Below are positions 19,407 through 31,415 of a DNA stretch of 64,000 nt, piece by piece. Origin of the DNA: an uncultured Spirochaetota bacterium. GTDB lineage: Bacteria > Spirochaetota > Spirochaetia > SZUA-6 > CAVTHK01. The position numbers and the translations under genes are program-made. Position 1 is the first letter of the stretch, and every line of letters begins with the position of its first letter. The DNA is taken from the NCBI GenBank assembly GCA_963734495.1, contig CAVTHK010000015.1:64001-128000 (forward strand), written 5' to 3'. The notes below the pieces were generated by a model that did no database searches, had not been told where the DNA came from, and worked only from the letters and a program-made list of their open reading frames with translations.

Positions 19407-19745
19407 TCAGCGGGTGTCGCCGCCCGCGCGCTGGGCGAGGCCCCGCGCGCGGGGCGCGCGAAACCACTGCACGTAGCCGCACGAGTCGGGGAGCCACCGC
19501 GAGAAACGCGCGTGAACGTAGCGCAGCTTCCGGCATTCGCGGCAGACCTGGAAGCGCTTGTCGTAGACGCGGCATAGCCGGGTGCGCAGATCGAGGTAGC
19601 GGCAGGGGGAGTCCATGCGGACGTACACGCGCCCGCGACGGATCTCTTTCTCGTAGCAGCAGAGTCCGCACCTGTGGCAGAGGCTCTCCCACCATTTCCG
19701 GTGGCCGGCTATGGCATCCCTGAGCCTGCGGAACAACGTAACCAT
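19407..19745 (-). CDS. CxxCxxCC (YcgN/YkgJ-like) cysteine-cluster protein
   Basis: WESLCHRCGLCCYEK...CRYLD...CRVY...C..L...WLPDSCGY. Confidence 0.85.
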   Translation of the reverse strand: MVTLFRRLRDAIAGHRKWWESLCHRCGLCCYEKEIRRGRVYVRMDSPCRYLDLRTRLCRVYDKRFQVCRECRKLRYVHARFSRWLPDSCGYVQWFRAPRARGLAQRAGGDTR

Positions 19746-19850
19746 AGACGGCTGCATCGTAGGACGAGCGCCGCCTCCGCTGCAAGCGGCCTCAGTCGGA
19801 CGGCCCTTGACGCCTTTGACCGTCGACTGCGCGCTCTGCTATCATCAGCC

Positions 19851-20468
19851 GTGCGGCTCGATGCGGCCATGGCGCTGTTGCTCGTGCTCGTCGCCGGCGT
19901 GACCTCGTGCCGGGCGTCCAGGACGCGTGCCGCGGCCGAGGCGGAGACGCAGCCCGCGAAGAGGGCGCCCGTGCAGCGGCCCGCGCCGCCGCCGACGCCC
20001 GCCGTCGCGCCGCCTGAATCGCCGTGGTTCCCTCCGCAGGACTGGTCCGAGCGCCGCGCGCCCGAGGATTTCCGCATCGGCCCTCTCGAGACGGGGGGAA
20101 GCGAGGACGCTGCCTACCGGAAGCTGGAAACCGTCTGCGAAGGGCTGGTGAAGGGCCAGGTGGAGACCGGGTCGCTCGATCCATCGCGCGCCGCCGGCCT
20201 CAAGGACAGGCTTGCCGACCAGATCCAGCGCGGCGGCAGGCCGTCGGACTTCCGCATCGGGCGGCTGGCGGTGCTGCCTGACGGGTCGGCCCGGGCCCCG
20301 GTGAGGTTCTTCAGCCCTTCCGGGTCGGCGGAGGGGGAGGCGTACCTGACGCGGCGCGCCGACGGATGGTTCGTGACGGATATGCAGATCGATCTCTCCA
20401 CGGCGAAGGCGGGCCCGCAGAGCCAGGAGCCTTTCCTGCCGTCGCCGTACAGGGAGACAACCGACTAA
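19851..20468 (+). CDS. Hypothetical lipoprotein
   Basis: Hydrophobic signal with VTS-C and a Pro-rich linker; TTGACC-18-TATCAT directly upstream. Confidence 0.6.
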   Translation: MRLDAAMALLLVLVAGVTSCRASRTRAAAEAETQPAKRAPVQRPAPPPTPAVAPPESPWFPPQDWSERRAPEDFRIGPLETGGSEDAAYRKLETVCEGLVKGQVETGSLDPSRAAGLKDRLADQIQRGGRPSDFRIGRLAVLPDGSARAPVRFFSPSGSAEGEAYLTRRADGWFVTDMQIDLSTAKAGPQSQEPFLPSPYRETTD

Positions 20469-20477
20469 GGGCGCGGG

Positions 20478-21720
20478 ATGGGCGAACAGGTCAGCCGGAT
20501 CGAGAAGGAGTTCGTGCTCAAGTCCCTCGCCGAGAAGAAGCTGCCGCTCTCGGTCCGCTGCGGCAAGGACAGGGTCGAGGCCCGCGTCGACGAGGTCGGC
20601 GAAAAGTCGCTGGTCCTCGCGGCCCGTCCGGCCGCCGCCTGGCAGCCCGGCCAGACCGTGGAGGTCTTCTTCACTTTCCAGAACAACAATCACACATTCT
20701 CCGCCCCGATCACTCTGGTTGAGCCGGAGCGGATCAGCGTCGCCATGCCGGAGACCGTCTACAAGAGCCTCCAGCGGCAGTTCGACCGCGTCAGGAAGCC
20801 TCCGGGCTTCGACGTTTCGTTCCGGCTCGCGGGGGTGGGCTCGGTCGACCTGACGTTCCCGCTGAGCGGCGTGCAGGTCGAGGAGGCGCGGCCGGACGCG
20901 GCCTTCGACCCGGCCGCCATCAAGGACCTCGTGGACGAGTTCACGGCGCGGGCCCGCGCGGAGGCATCGGAGGGCCGCATCGTGATGATGCGGAACAGGG
21001 TGCCGGAAACCTACGAAGAGAAGATCATGCAGGCCACGGGCAAGGCCTTCTGGATACCGTCGACCGACGACGATTTTCCCAGCCGCAATCCGCTCGCGGA
21101 GCCCAGGGTCCTGACGAAGCCGGATATCGTCAAGTACGAGAGGGAGTCGGGATCGGACGCCTCGATCATCGTGAGCCGCATCGGGGACATCCTCTACCGC
21201 AAGAGGCGCGAGGGCATCGAGTCCGAGCTCTCGCTGGCCGCTGCTGCACGGCCGCTTCTTCGTCGGCTATCTCCACCTCGTCACTCACGGGGGGAAGAAG
21301 ACGATCGCCAGGCCGCTCCTCGAGTGGGTCGGGCAGTACGCGCGGATACTCAGCCACTCGCTCGAGCGCACCGGCTACTTCAAGGGCGAGGGCCCGCAGG
21401 TGCGCCCCTACCAGGCCGAAGCCGTCGACCTGAGCGCCTCGGGCCTGCTGTTCGCGCACCCCGAGAAGAGCCTGTACAAGAAGCTGCTCGTCCACTCGGA
21501 CATCCAGGTGTCCCTCAACGCGCGCAACCGCAGGATGACGGTGGGCGGACGCGTCGTGAGGAAGTTCATCGACCGCGACCGGGTCTACATCGCGCTCAGG
21601 TTCCTCGAGATCGCTCCCGAGGACTTCAGATACCTGTACGAGACGCTGTACGGCCGGCCGTTCGACCCCGACACGGTGATCTCGGAAACCGCGTCGCTTC
21701 CCGGCTCGACCGCGGGATAG
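20478..21720 (+). CDS. YcgR/PilZ-type c-di-GMP receptor, DUF1577-like (frameshift near 21232)
   Basis: N-terminal beta-barrel, RQFDR (RxxxR) motif, long insert, then DLSASG (DxSxxG) and a C-terminal IALRFLEIAPEDFRYL. Confidence 0.8.
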
Positions 21721-21726
21721 TCCTCC

Positions 21727-23174
21727 GTGATCACGATCCTGTTGCTGATGCTCGCTCCCTGTCTCGCGGCGCACGCCCAGCCCGTGACGCTCGCGGACGC
21801 GCTCACGGGCGCCCTCGAGCGCGACCTCTCCTGGGTCATCCAGCGCGCGGAGGCCGACCGGGGGCTCGCGGAAGCCGAGCAGGCCGAACGCGCCACCCTG
21901 GGGCGCGTCTCGATCAAGTCGACCGGGGCGAGGTACTCGACTTCGGTGTTCGAGGACCGGTACACCGCGACGGCCGCGGCGAGCCTCACCCTGGCGGCCG
22001 CGGGCGGCAGCACCGTGTCCCTGGACGCGCGGGACTCCTCGTTCTACCTCAACAGCCGCGCCGACGAGCTCGAGATGTACTACCACGACCCGCAGATCGG
22101 GGTCACGCTGAAGCAGCCGCTCCTCGCGGGCAGGCTGCCCGCGGGCGAGCTCTCCCGCGCGACGCGGGCGAAGCCGGCGGCCCTGCGGGCGGGGGCGCTC
22201 GTGTCTCTCGCCGACGCGCGGAACGACGCCGTCCTCAGGGCCGCGACGCTCTACTTCAGCTTTGCCGAGCAGCGCAAGCGGGTCGCCCTCGCCGAGGCGC
22301 GCCTCGCCGGCCGAAGAAAGGACCTGGAGAACCTCGAGCGCGGCTCCTCCCTGCGGCTCGGCGGGCGGCGCGAGGTCGAGAGGGAACGGCTTTCGATACG
22401 GGAGGACGAGATCGGCCTCGCGGATCTGAAGAGCGCGCTCGCCCGCCTCGAGCCGGAGCTCGCCCGGCTGCTCGGCCGCCCCGCGGGCGAGCCGGACTAC
22501 GAGGTCCCCTGCCCTGCCGTCCGCGCCGCGGGGCGACGATCTGCGGAGCAGGGCGCTGGCGTCCAGCGGCAGGATCCGGCGCGCGGACGCGGACCTCGCG
22601 ACGAAGCGGGCCCAGGCCGCCCTCGCGGCAGTGACCGACTCGCCCGCGCTCAACCTGGGAATGACGTTGAGCGGCGTCTACGAAGACGGCACCGACACGG
22701 TCCCGCGCCCGGCCGATGAGGCCCTGTACGGGCTGCGCCCCAGGGTGACCCTCTCGCTGCTGCTCGATCTGCCGCTGGGCCAGCGGCGGGACCGCGAGCT
22801 GGAAACGAGCAGGGCCGGCGCGCTCGTGCTCGAGGCCGCCACGAGGCGGGCGCGCGCCGAGGCGGACGTCGCGGCGGACGCGGAGGATCTCGTCGCGGAG
22901 CGCGGCCGGCTGGCGGATCTCGTCGAGGTCCGCCGGCAGCAGGCGGCCCTGGCCCGCGAGGAGCTGCGGACGCAGACCGACCTGCTCCCCTCGGGCCAGG
23001 CGACGGCCGCCGATGTCGCCCTCGCCCGCCTCGACGTGGACGAGCGGGAGCTCTCGGCCTGGCGCGCCCGGGCCGACCTGTTCCTGGCCGACCTGCGGGC
23101 GGCCGCTCTGGCGGGGGACGACCTGGCCCCTCCTGCTCACTGGTTCCCGTCAGGCCGCAGCAGGCGCGCCATGA
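21727..23174 (+). CDS. TolC/outer-membrane efflux family protein (frameshifts, end approximate)
   Basis: Signal peptide, VTLADAL, GVTLKQPLL, LSLLLDLPL, coiled coils and SGQATAADV. Confidence 0.7.
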
Positions 23175-24325
23175 TGATGCCCTCGATGCCCAGGATCTTC
23201 TGCATGGTCTGCGCGCTCGGGACCCCGTCGATGCCGATGATGTTGTAGGCCAGATCGCCCCGGTGGCGGTTCAGCAGGTCCGAGATGTTGATGCCGTCCG
23301 AGGCCAGCAGGGTCGTTACCTGCCCCACCATGTTGGGGATGTTCCTGTTGGCGATCAGCAGGCGGCTCTCCGATCCGATCGAGCCCATCTCGCACTCGGG
23401 AAAGTTGATCGAGTTCCTGACGTTCCCGTTCTCGAGGAACTCGATCGTCTGCCGCACGGCCATCGCGGCGCAGTTCTCCTCGGCCTCGGGGGTCGACGCG
23501 CCCAGGTGCGGGATGGCGATCACGCGATCCATGCCCAGCAGCTCGGTGTCGGGAAAGTCCGTCACGTAGCAGGAAACGATGCCCGCCTTGATGGCGTCGC
23601 GCAGGTCGGCGTTGTTCACCAGCCCCCCGCGGGCCATGTTCAGGAGGCGGGCCCCCTTGCGCATGAGCGCGAAGCGCGCCCTGTTGATCATCCCGCGGGT
23701 CCCCTCGAGCAGCGGGACGTGCAGCGTGATGTAGTCGCTTTCGGCGATGAGGGCGTCGAGGACCTTGGCCCGCCGGACGTCGCGCGAGAGGCCCCACGCC
23801 GACTCGACGGAGATGAACGGGTCGTAGCCGACGACGTTCATCCCGAGCGCGACGGCGTCGTTGGCCACGAGGACTCCGACGGCTCCCAGCCCGATGACCC
23901 CGAGGGTCTTGCCTCTGAGCTCCGGCCCCTCGAACACTCCCTTGCCGCTCTCGACGAGCTTGGGGACGTCTTCGCCCTTGTCCTTGAGCGATCTCGGCCC
24001 ATCGGATGCCCTCGACGATGCGGCGCGAGGCGACCAGGAGCAGCCCGCGATGACCAGCTCCTTGACGCTGTTGGCGTTGGCGCCGGGGGTGTTGAACACG
24101 ACGATCCCGCGGGCCGTGCAGCGGTCGACGGGGATGTTGTTGACGCCGATGCCCGCGCGCGCGATCGCCTTGAGCGAGGGCGGCGAGCTCGAGCCCGTGC
24201 ATGTCGCCGCTGCGCACGAGGATCGCGTCGGGGGTCGGGATTTCCGAGGCGATCTCGTAGCCTTCTCTCGGAAAGATCTCCAGGCCCTTGGGCGAGATCT
24301 TGTTCAGGGTCAGGATGCGGAACAT
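23137..24325 (-). CDS. serA: D-3-phosphoglycerate dehydrogenase with ACT domain (frameshifts)
   Basis: IARAGIGVNNIP, NTPGANANSV, GVIGLGAVG, LHVPL, PHLGAST and NIPNMVGQ. Confidence 0.92.
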
Positions 24326-25412
24326 CAGCGGTTCTCCTTTTCGAATCCGGCCATGAAGGCGACGAGGGCGTCGACGCCCTCCTGCGGCATGGCGTTGTAG
24401 AGGCTCGCGCGCATCCCTCCCACGCTCCTGTGGCCCGCGAGCGAGAGCAGTCCGGCCTTCTCCGCTTCGGCGACGAACTTCTTTTCCAGATCAGGCGTGG
24501 GCAGCCCGAACGTGACGTTCATCCACGACCGGTCCGGCCCCTTGACCTTGGCGGAGAAGAGGCGGGAGGCGTCGAGGAACGCGTAGAGCGTCTCGGCCTT
24601 GCGGCGGTTGCGCTGCGCCATCGCGGCCACGCCTCCGTTCGCGGCCACCCAGTCGAGCACGAGGCCGGCGACGTACACCGCGTGGCAGGGAGGGGTGTTG
24701 TAGAGCGACTTGCCCTTGACGTGGGTGCGGTAGGAGAGCATCGTCGGCAGCTTGTCCGCGGAGCGCTCGACCAGGTCCTTGCGGATGACGACGACGGTCA
24801 GGCCCGCGGGCCCCACGTTCTTCTGCGCGGCGGCGTAGATGAGCCCGAAGCGCGCGACCTCGACGGGCTCGGAGAGCAGGCTCGAGGACATGTCGGCGAC
24901 CAGCGGGCACGCCGGCCGTCTCGGGGTAGGAGCACGAACCGCGTCCCGTAGATCGTGTTGTTCGAGGTGACGTGAAAGTAGTCGGCCCCGGGATCGAACG
25001 CCGCGGGGTCGATCGCGGGTATGCGTGTAAAGCGCTCCCCCTCGGACGACGCGACGACGCGCACGCTGCCGAGCTTGCGCGGCCTCCTCGATCGCCCGCT
25101 GCGACCAGTGACCGGAGCAGACGTAGTCCGCGCTGCGGTGCTCGGTGAACAGGTTCATCGGGACCATCGTGAACTGCAGAGAGGCCCCGCCCTGAAGGAA
25201 CAGGACGTGGTAGCCCGACAGGGATTCCCATGAGCTCCCGGAGGCGCTCCTCCGCGTGCTCGCATGACGCGCTCGAACTCCGGCGAGCGGTGGCTCATCT
25301 CCATGATCGACATGCCCGTGCCCGCGTAGCTCAGCGTGTCGCGCTGCACCTGCCGCAGGACGGGCTCCGGCAGGACCGCCGGCCCGGGAGCGAAGTTGTA
25401 CGGACGTTTCAC
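24325..25412 (-). CDS. serC: Phosphoserine aminotransferase (frameshifts)
   Basis: NFAPGPAVLP, SIMEMSHRS, NNTIYGT, DMSS, AQKNVGPAG, YNTPP and GHRSVGGMRASLYNA. Confidence 0.95.
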
Positions 25413-26063
25413 CTCTGACCCTCCTCGCTGCGAAGCATCACGGACAGGTAGCGGAGCTCGTCCAGCACAGCGACGCTGTTGCAGACGAGCCCCGAGGGGC
25501 TCGGCCCGAGTGATCTGCCGGTCATGTTGAGCACGCCCCTCACGCCGCCGCGCGAGAGCCGTCCGAGGATCTCGCCGGCCGGTTGCGAGAGCGCCGTGAT
25601 GAGGGCGATCTCCACGCGCCTCGCGGCGGACGACCTCCTCCATGTCGTAGGTCGGAAACAGCGGCACGGCCGAACGGGTCGTTTCGAGGCGGTTGGTGCT
25701 GGAATCGAAGCCGGCGACGATCCGAAAGCCGCCCAGCCCGGCCCCGCTTCCGGAGACGAGCGCATGACCGAGCCAGTTGAGACCCACGACGCACACGCGT
25801 ACGGCGCGGCCCAGGCCCATCGCCTCCTCGAGCAGGCCCTTGAGCCCCTCCACGTCGTAGCCGACGGGCGACGGGCCGAGCTCCCCGACCGTGCTGATGT
25901 CGCGCCGTACGGATGCCGCGCTGGTCCCGAGGTCGGCGGCGAGCTCGAACGAGGTGACGCGCCGCCGGCCCTCGCTCGAAACGTCCTCGAGGCGGCCGTA
26001 GAGCGCGCAGAGTCGTCTCAGTGTCGCAGCCGCCGGCTTCTCACCGCGCCTTTGTCTGATCAC
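25409..26063 (-). CDS. rex: Rex-family redox-sensing repressor, divergent (frameshift near 25620)
   Basis: Winged HTH ATLRRL...VTSFELAADLGTSAASVRRDISTVG...GYDV, then Rossmann-like VCVVGLNWLGHAL...FRIVAGFD...GVRGVLN. Confidence 0.82.
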
Positions 26064-26071
26064 GACATCAC

Positions 26072-26100
26072 AAGCTAAGGGGGTTTGAGAGGATTGTCAA
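26072..26100 (-). promoter_or_regulatory. Sigma70 promoter of rex-serC-serA
   Basis: TTGACA-17 bp-TAGCTT, 8 nt before the GTG start. Confidence 0.65.
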
Positions 26101-26130
26101 TAGCAGAAAGGTTGTCCGATGTCTACCTTC

Positions 26131-26148
26131 CTGTGAAATTATGAACAG
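26131..26148. promoter_or_regulatory. Rex-box-like operator
   Basis: CTGTGAA-ATTA-TGAACAG against consensus TTGTGAA-N4-TTCACAA, in an AT-rich patch upstream of rex. Confidence 0.5.
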
Positions 26149-26216
26149 AAGAGTATATTGAAGGTAATCAGGCGGCGGCTGCGTCAGCAACCGACAGCGC
26201 AGAGTCCGGCGGGTGC

Positions 26217-27959
26217 CTAAACGATGTTGTCGGGGTCGAGGTAGGCTGCGAGCTGGATCACCCGCTCCAGGTAACCGGACTTCCGCTTCTTCACGAAGAT
26301 CTGGAGAAGCGCGTAACGGGCTTCTTCGTCGACGCGCCACATCTGGATGCTCAGGGTGTCGCCTTCGGACAGCCCGGTATTGTCCGCCACCGAGCCCGGG
26401 ATCACCTGGCGGATGGAGTACTCGGCCTCCCACAGAAAGCCGCCCGCAGGCTCGATCCGGAAACCGAAGAGGGCCGGGAACAGGTTGATGCGGGCATCGT
26501 TGTCGAGCGCGACCTCCATGGGGCTCTTGGGCCGCTTGTCGAGCTGCAGCAGGCCGGACTGTACGGCCGCTCCCCTCTGCCACGTGCACTGGATGAGCGT
26601 GTCGGCGCCCAGGTCGAGGATATAGTCCTGAAGGTCGCGGATCCGGCTGAACTTGCGGCCGTCCACCGAGGTCAGGAGGTCGCCCGCCTCGCAGCCCCGC
26701 CCTGTCGGCGGGTTGTCCGGGAACGGTGTAGATCACCTCGAGGCCTCGGTCACTCTCCATGAGCGCCGCGCCGATCCACGGATGCACCACTTCGCCGCCG
26801 CGCATCAGGTCCGGCAGGACCTTCCGGATCCAGTGCTGAGGGATGGCGAAATTGAGCCCTTCGTACGGCCTGATGCCGGCGAACACGACACCGAGGATGT
26901 CGCCCCGATCGTCGAGGAGAGGGCCGCCGCTGTTGCCGGGGTTCACCGCGGCGTCGACCTGCACGACGTCCCCCATCTGCAGCAGGCGCCTGCGACCCGT
27001 CGCGGATACGATCCCCGACGTCAGCGTGTTCTGCAGGAACGGGTCGACCGGTGAACCGATGGCGAGCACCTTCTGCCCCACGGTCACCGGGGGGTCGGCG
27101 AACATCGGGAACGCGTAGTCCGGCTGCGACCTCCACCTTGAGCAGCGCCAGGTCGAAGACGGGGTCCCACGCGATGACCTTGGCCGGGATTCGCTCCTCC
27201 GCCCGGCGGGGCAGCCGGACGTACAGGCGGGAGTAGCCTTCGTACTTGGGGTCGACTTCGCTCTGTATGACGTGGTAGTTCGTGAGCAGGTGCCCCTGGA
27301 GTCTATGAAGAAACCGCTGCCCATGGCGCGGTCCGGCAGCCCCACACCGCCCTCGAACCGGATGCCCTTGTCGACCCAGATGGTCGCCGTGCCCTTGAGC
27401 ATCGTCGTCGTGCTCTGCGCCGCCGGGAGTCCCTGAACGCACCTGCTCCCACAGGCCGCCGAGACCCTTGTCGTCGAACGCCTTTTCCAGCGCCTGCGTC
27501 TCGGCCGCGTCGAAGAGCCCGGCTTCGATGCCCCTCGCGAGGTAGACCGAAGCGGAGATCGAGTCGTCGGCCTTGAGCCTCTCCTCGATGAACCTCGCCA
27601 GGATGCGCGGCGTCGACCAGTCGGGGAACCTCGATTCCTCGTTGAGCGCCTGGAGCGACAGATACAGCCGGTAGGCCTTTGCGAAATCGCCCGACCCGAC
27701 CGCGCCTCTTGAACGCCGAGGCGACGCCTTCGATGGCCTCGGCGCGGAAGCCGGAAAGATCGCCGCTTTCGCTGTCCGATGTACCCTTGCGCTGGAGGTA
27801 CTCGATGTCCTGGAGCGCCCGGAGGTAGTTGCCCGATTCGAGCGTCTGGCGGATGTCGCGGGCCTGGACCTCCGCGACGTTCCCGGGCGCGGTTGCCATG
27901 CGCGCCGAGAGGCACGCGGAAAGGAGGATGAGCGGAGCCGGCAGAAACCAACTCTTCAT
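26217..27959 (-). CDS. HtrA/trypsin-like serine protease lipoprotein with PDZ domains (frameshifts)
   Basis: Lipobox LLSA-C; GSGFFID, TNYHVI, DLALLKV and VNPGNSGGPL catalytic triad motifs; PDZ motifs PADRAGL and SVADNTGL. Confidence 0.88.
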
Positions 27960-27961
27960 GG

Positions 27962-29543
27962 CTACCCCTTTCGCGGAACGATCGCGGGCCACAGAAAGGA
28001 CGGCGGAGGGCCACGGTCGGGGGCCGCTGCGGAACGGTCGGGCACGCCGTCCTGGTCGTAGTCCCAGAGCCAGACCCGCCGGTCGAAGTCCACCGTGTAC
28101 TCAGCCACTCCGTTGTGGTCGAGGTCCACCTCGAGCCTCGAGATGCCCTGCGCCGACCACCTCTCCGTCACGTCGAAGATCCCGTCATGGTCCACGTCGC
28201 GCTGGCCCGTGGCGGGGCGCCCGGCGCGGTAGGTGAGCACGTAGTCCGGCTTGCCGTCGCCGTCGGTGTCCTCCCGATAGCCGGCCGGGACCCCGGCCTC
28301 GAGCACCCATGTCCGGCGCGGTCCGCCGGGCGCCTGAGCGCTGACCGCGGTTGCGGACATCGCGAGCGTCCCTTCGCGGGGGAGGTTCCCGAGCAGCCTC
28401 AGCCGCGCAGGGCCGGCCGCCCCCAGGCCGTCCACGAAGGGGCCCTGGACGCCGCGGGGCGGCAGGTCGAACGTCCACGTGGTCCCGTCGCGCACGAAGC
28501 TCGCGTGGGCAAGATACGGGTACGGATCGTACTCGTAGCGCACTCCGTCCGCTGTGAGCGTGCCCCGCTCGTAGCGGATCTCCGGGACGAGGTCCTGGTT
28601 CGCGTCCCGGATCCAGGAGACGAGGACGCCGTTCTCGTACTGGTAGATTTCCTCGGCGATCGAGTCGTTGTTCTCGTCCACCCAGCGCCTGCCCGAGAAC
28701 GCCGCCACCTGCTCGTCGTAGCTCTTCTGCAGGGCGGGATCGCGGGCCGCGGCCGCAGCGACCCGCGCGAGCAGGTCTACGCGCTGGTTGCCCCCCTGCC
28801 GAGAAAAAGCGCGCCAGCCGGGTCTGGTCCGGCGAAGCGGCGAACGCCTCGGCGAAGACCCGCGGGTCTTCCTGCCCCGACGGCACCGAGTAGTCTTCGA
28901 GGCGGAAGCCGCCTTCGGCCAGCGCGGCCAGCGCCCGCTCCGCCGCGATCCGGGGTCGCCGGGCACGACCATCGCGGCGAGGTCGAGAATTTCTTTGACG
29001 GGCATGCCTTCCGACTTGAGGGCGCGCGCCCGCAGGACGTGGAGATCCGCGTCGGTCGGATAGCGCCGCAGGCCCGCCTCGATGGCCGACAGGGAGGCCT
29101 CCCGGTTCCCCGATCCGAGGTGAGCGGCAGCAGCCAGCCGGAAGGGCTCCACGCGGCCCGCATCCGCGGGCGAGAGCGCGTCGAGCGCTCGCAGGGCGTC
29201 CTGGGTAGCGGCCCACGCGGACCAGGAGCGACGCCAGGTCGATGCGCGCGGCCGCACGCGGTCACCCGCGCGAAGCGCGCGCCGGCGACGGCGCGGCTCA
29301 GGAGCGAGATCGATCGTTCGACGTCAGTGTCGACGCTGACCCGTGCGAGGTAGTAGAGCGCGTCGCCGCTCGCCGGGTCGAGCTCGAGAGCCGCCGCGAG
29401 AAAGCGGTCGGCCGCGGTGCCTCTTTCGACAGCAGCGCGTCGATGCCCAGCATCAAGTAAGAATCGGCGGCCTCCACCGGTTCGGCGGCGAGGGTCAGGA
29501 CGAGGATCGGGATCGCAAGGAGCGCAGGGACAAGGCCCCTCAT
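27962..29543 (-). CDS. Exported TPR protein with DxDxDG repeats (frameshifts)
   Basis: Signal peptide [19 protein letters not shown]-like helices, and six Dx[DN]x[DN]-type motifs in the C-terminal half. Confidence 0.7.
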
Positions 29544-31413
29544 GGCTCTGCTTCGTCGTTCCGTTTGGCCGGCGGAAGACCCAGCAGCTCGCGGACTTCC
29601 GCGTCGTCGAGCGTCTCCCGGGACATCAGCGAGCTGGTGAGCTTGTCCATCTGCGCGCGGTGCTCCTGCAGGAGCTTCAAGGCCTTCTCGAGGCAGCCCT
29701 GGACGATCGACGTGGATCTCCGTGTCGATCTTCTGCGGCGGTCTCTTCGGAGTAGTCCTTGTGGCGCGCGATCTCCTTGCCTATGAAGATCGGCTCTTCC
29801 TTCTGGCCGTAGGCGATGGGGCCCAGCGTCTCGCTCATGCCCCACTCGCAGACCATCTTGCGGGCGATGTCCGTCGCCTGCTCGATGTCCGCCTGCGCGC
29901 CCGTGGAGGTCTGCCCGTAGACGATGCTCTCGGCGGCGTAGCCGCCCATCGCGATGGTCACGCGGTCGAGGAGCCAGGCCCGGTTGCGCGAGTAGGCGTC
30001 CGATTCCGGCAGCGAGATGGCCATGCCGAGCGCCCGGCCGTGCGGGATGATCGTGACCTTGTGCAGCGGGTCGGCGTTCTCCAGATAGTAGTGCAGCAGG
30101 GCGTGCCCGGCCTCGTGGTAGGCGGTCATCTTCTTCTCCTTGGGCGGGATGACGCGCGACTTGCGGGCGACCCCCATCAGCACCTTGTCGCGGGCCTCCT
30201 CGAAGTCCGGCCATGTCCGACGCGTTCCTTGTTCTTGCGGCCCGCGTACAGGGCGGCCTCGTTGACCAGGTTCGCGAGGTCCGCGCCCGAGGTGCCGGCC
30301 GTGGCCCTGGCGATGCGGCTCAGGTCGACGTCGGGCCCGACGGGGATCTTGGCGGCGTGGATGCTGCAGGATCGCCTCGCGCTCCTTGACGTCCGGCATG
30401 TCGACGACGACCTGCCGGTCGAAGCGGCCCGGGCCGCAGCAGGGCCGGATCGAGGACGTCCGGGCGGTTGGTGGCGGCCAGGATGATGACGCCGTCCTTG
30501 GTGTCGAAGCCGTCCATCTCGACCAGCATCTGGTTGAGGGTCTGCTCGCGCTCGTCGTGGCCGCCGCCGTAGCCGGCGCCGCGGGTCCTGCCGACCGCGT
30601 CGAGCTCGTCGATGAACAGGATGCACGGGGCGTTCTTGCGGCCCTGCTCGAAGAGGTCGCGCACGCGGCTGGCGCCGACGCCCACGAACATCTCGACGAA
30701 GTCGGAGCCGGACATGTGGAAGAAGGGCACGTTGGCCTCGCCGGCGATCGCCTTGGCCAGGAGGGTCTTGCCGGTGCCGGGCATCCCGACGAGCAGCACT
30801 CCCTTGGGGATCTTCGCGCCGATCTTCGTGAACCTGCCGGGGTTCTTGAGGAACTCCACGACCTCCTGCAGCTCGTACTTCGCCTCTTCCTGGCCGGCCA
30901 CGTCGGCAAAGGTGGATTTTCTGCCGCGGTCGAGGTACCGCTTGGCGCGGCTCTTGCCGAAGCGAGAACGCCTTGTTGCCGCTGCCCTGGATCTGGCGGA
31001 ACATGAACCAGATAAAGAAGAACCCGATCAACCACGGGAGGAACTCGAAGAACACCTTGAGCGGCGAGACGCTTCGCGACCCGCCCTGGATGACGACTTT
31101 GTTGGTCGATCATCCGATCGATCAGGTTGCCGTCGAAGTACGGAATGACCGTGCGGAAGGAGGTCACGGTGCTCGAGCCGTCCTTGAGCTCGCCCCTGAT
31201 GAGCTGGCCGTCGAGGATCTTGACCGACTGCACCTTGCCCGACTCCAGGTAGTTCAGGAAGTTGGAGTACGGGATCTCGCGCGAGAGGTCCGTGTCCTGC
31301 AGAAAGAAGAAGAAGACGAAGAAGCCGATGAGCACCAGCAGGGACACCAGGGCGGCCCTGTTGTTGAAGTTGAACCGCGGGTTCTTCGGATCGTTACCGT
31401 CGTTGTTTGGCAC
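29540..31413 (-). CDS. ftsH: ATP-dependent zinc metalloprotease FtsH (frameshifts)
   Basis: Two TM helices, [40 protein letters not shown] and AYHEAGH. Confidence 0.96.
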
Positions 31414-31415
31414 CT

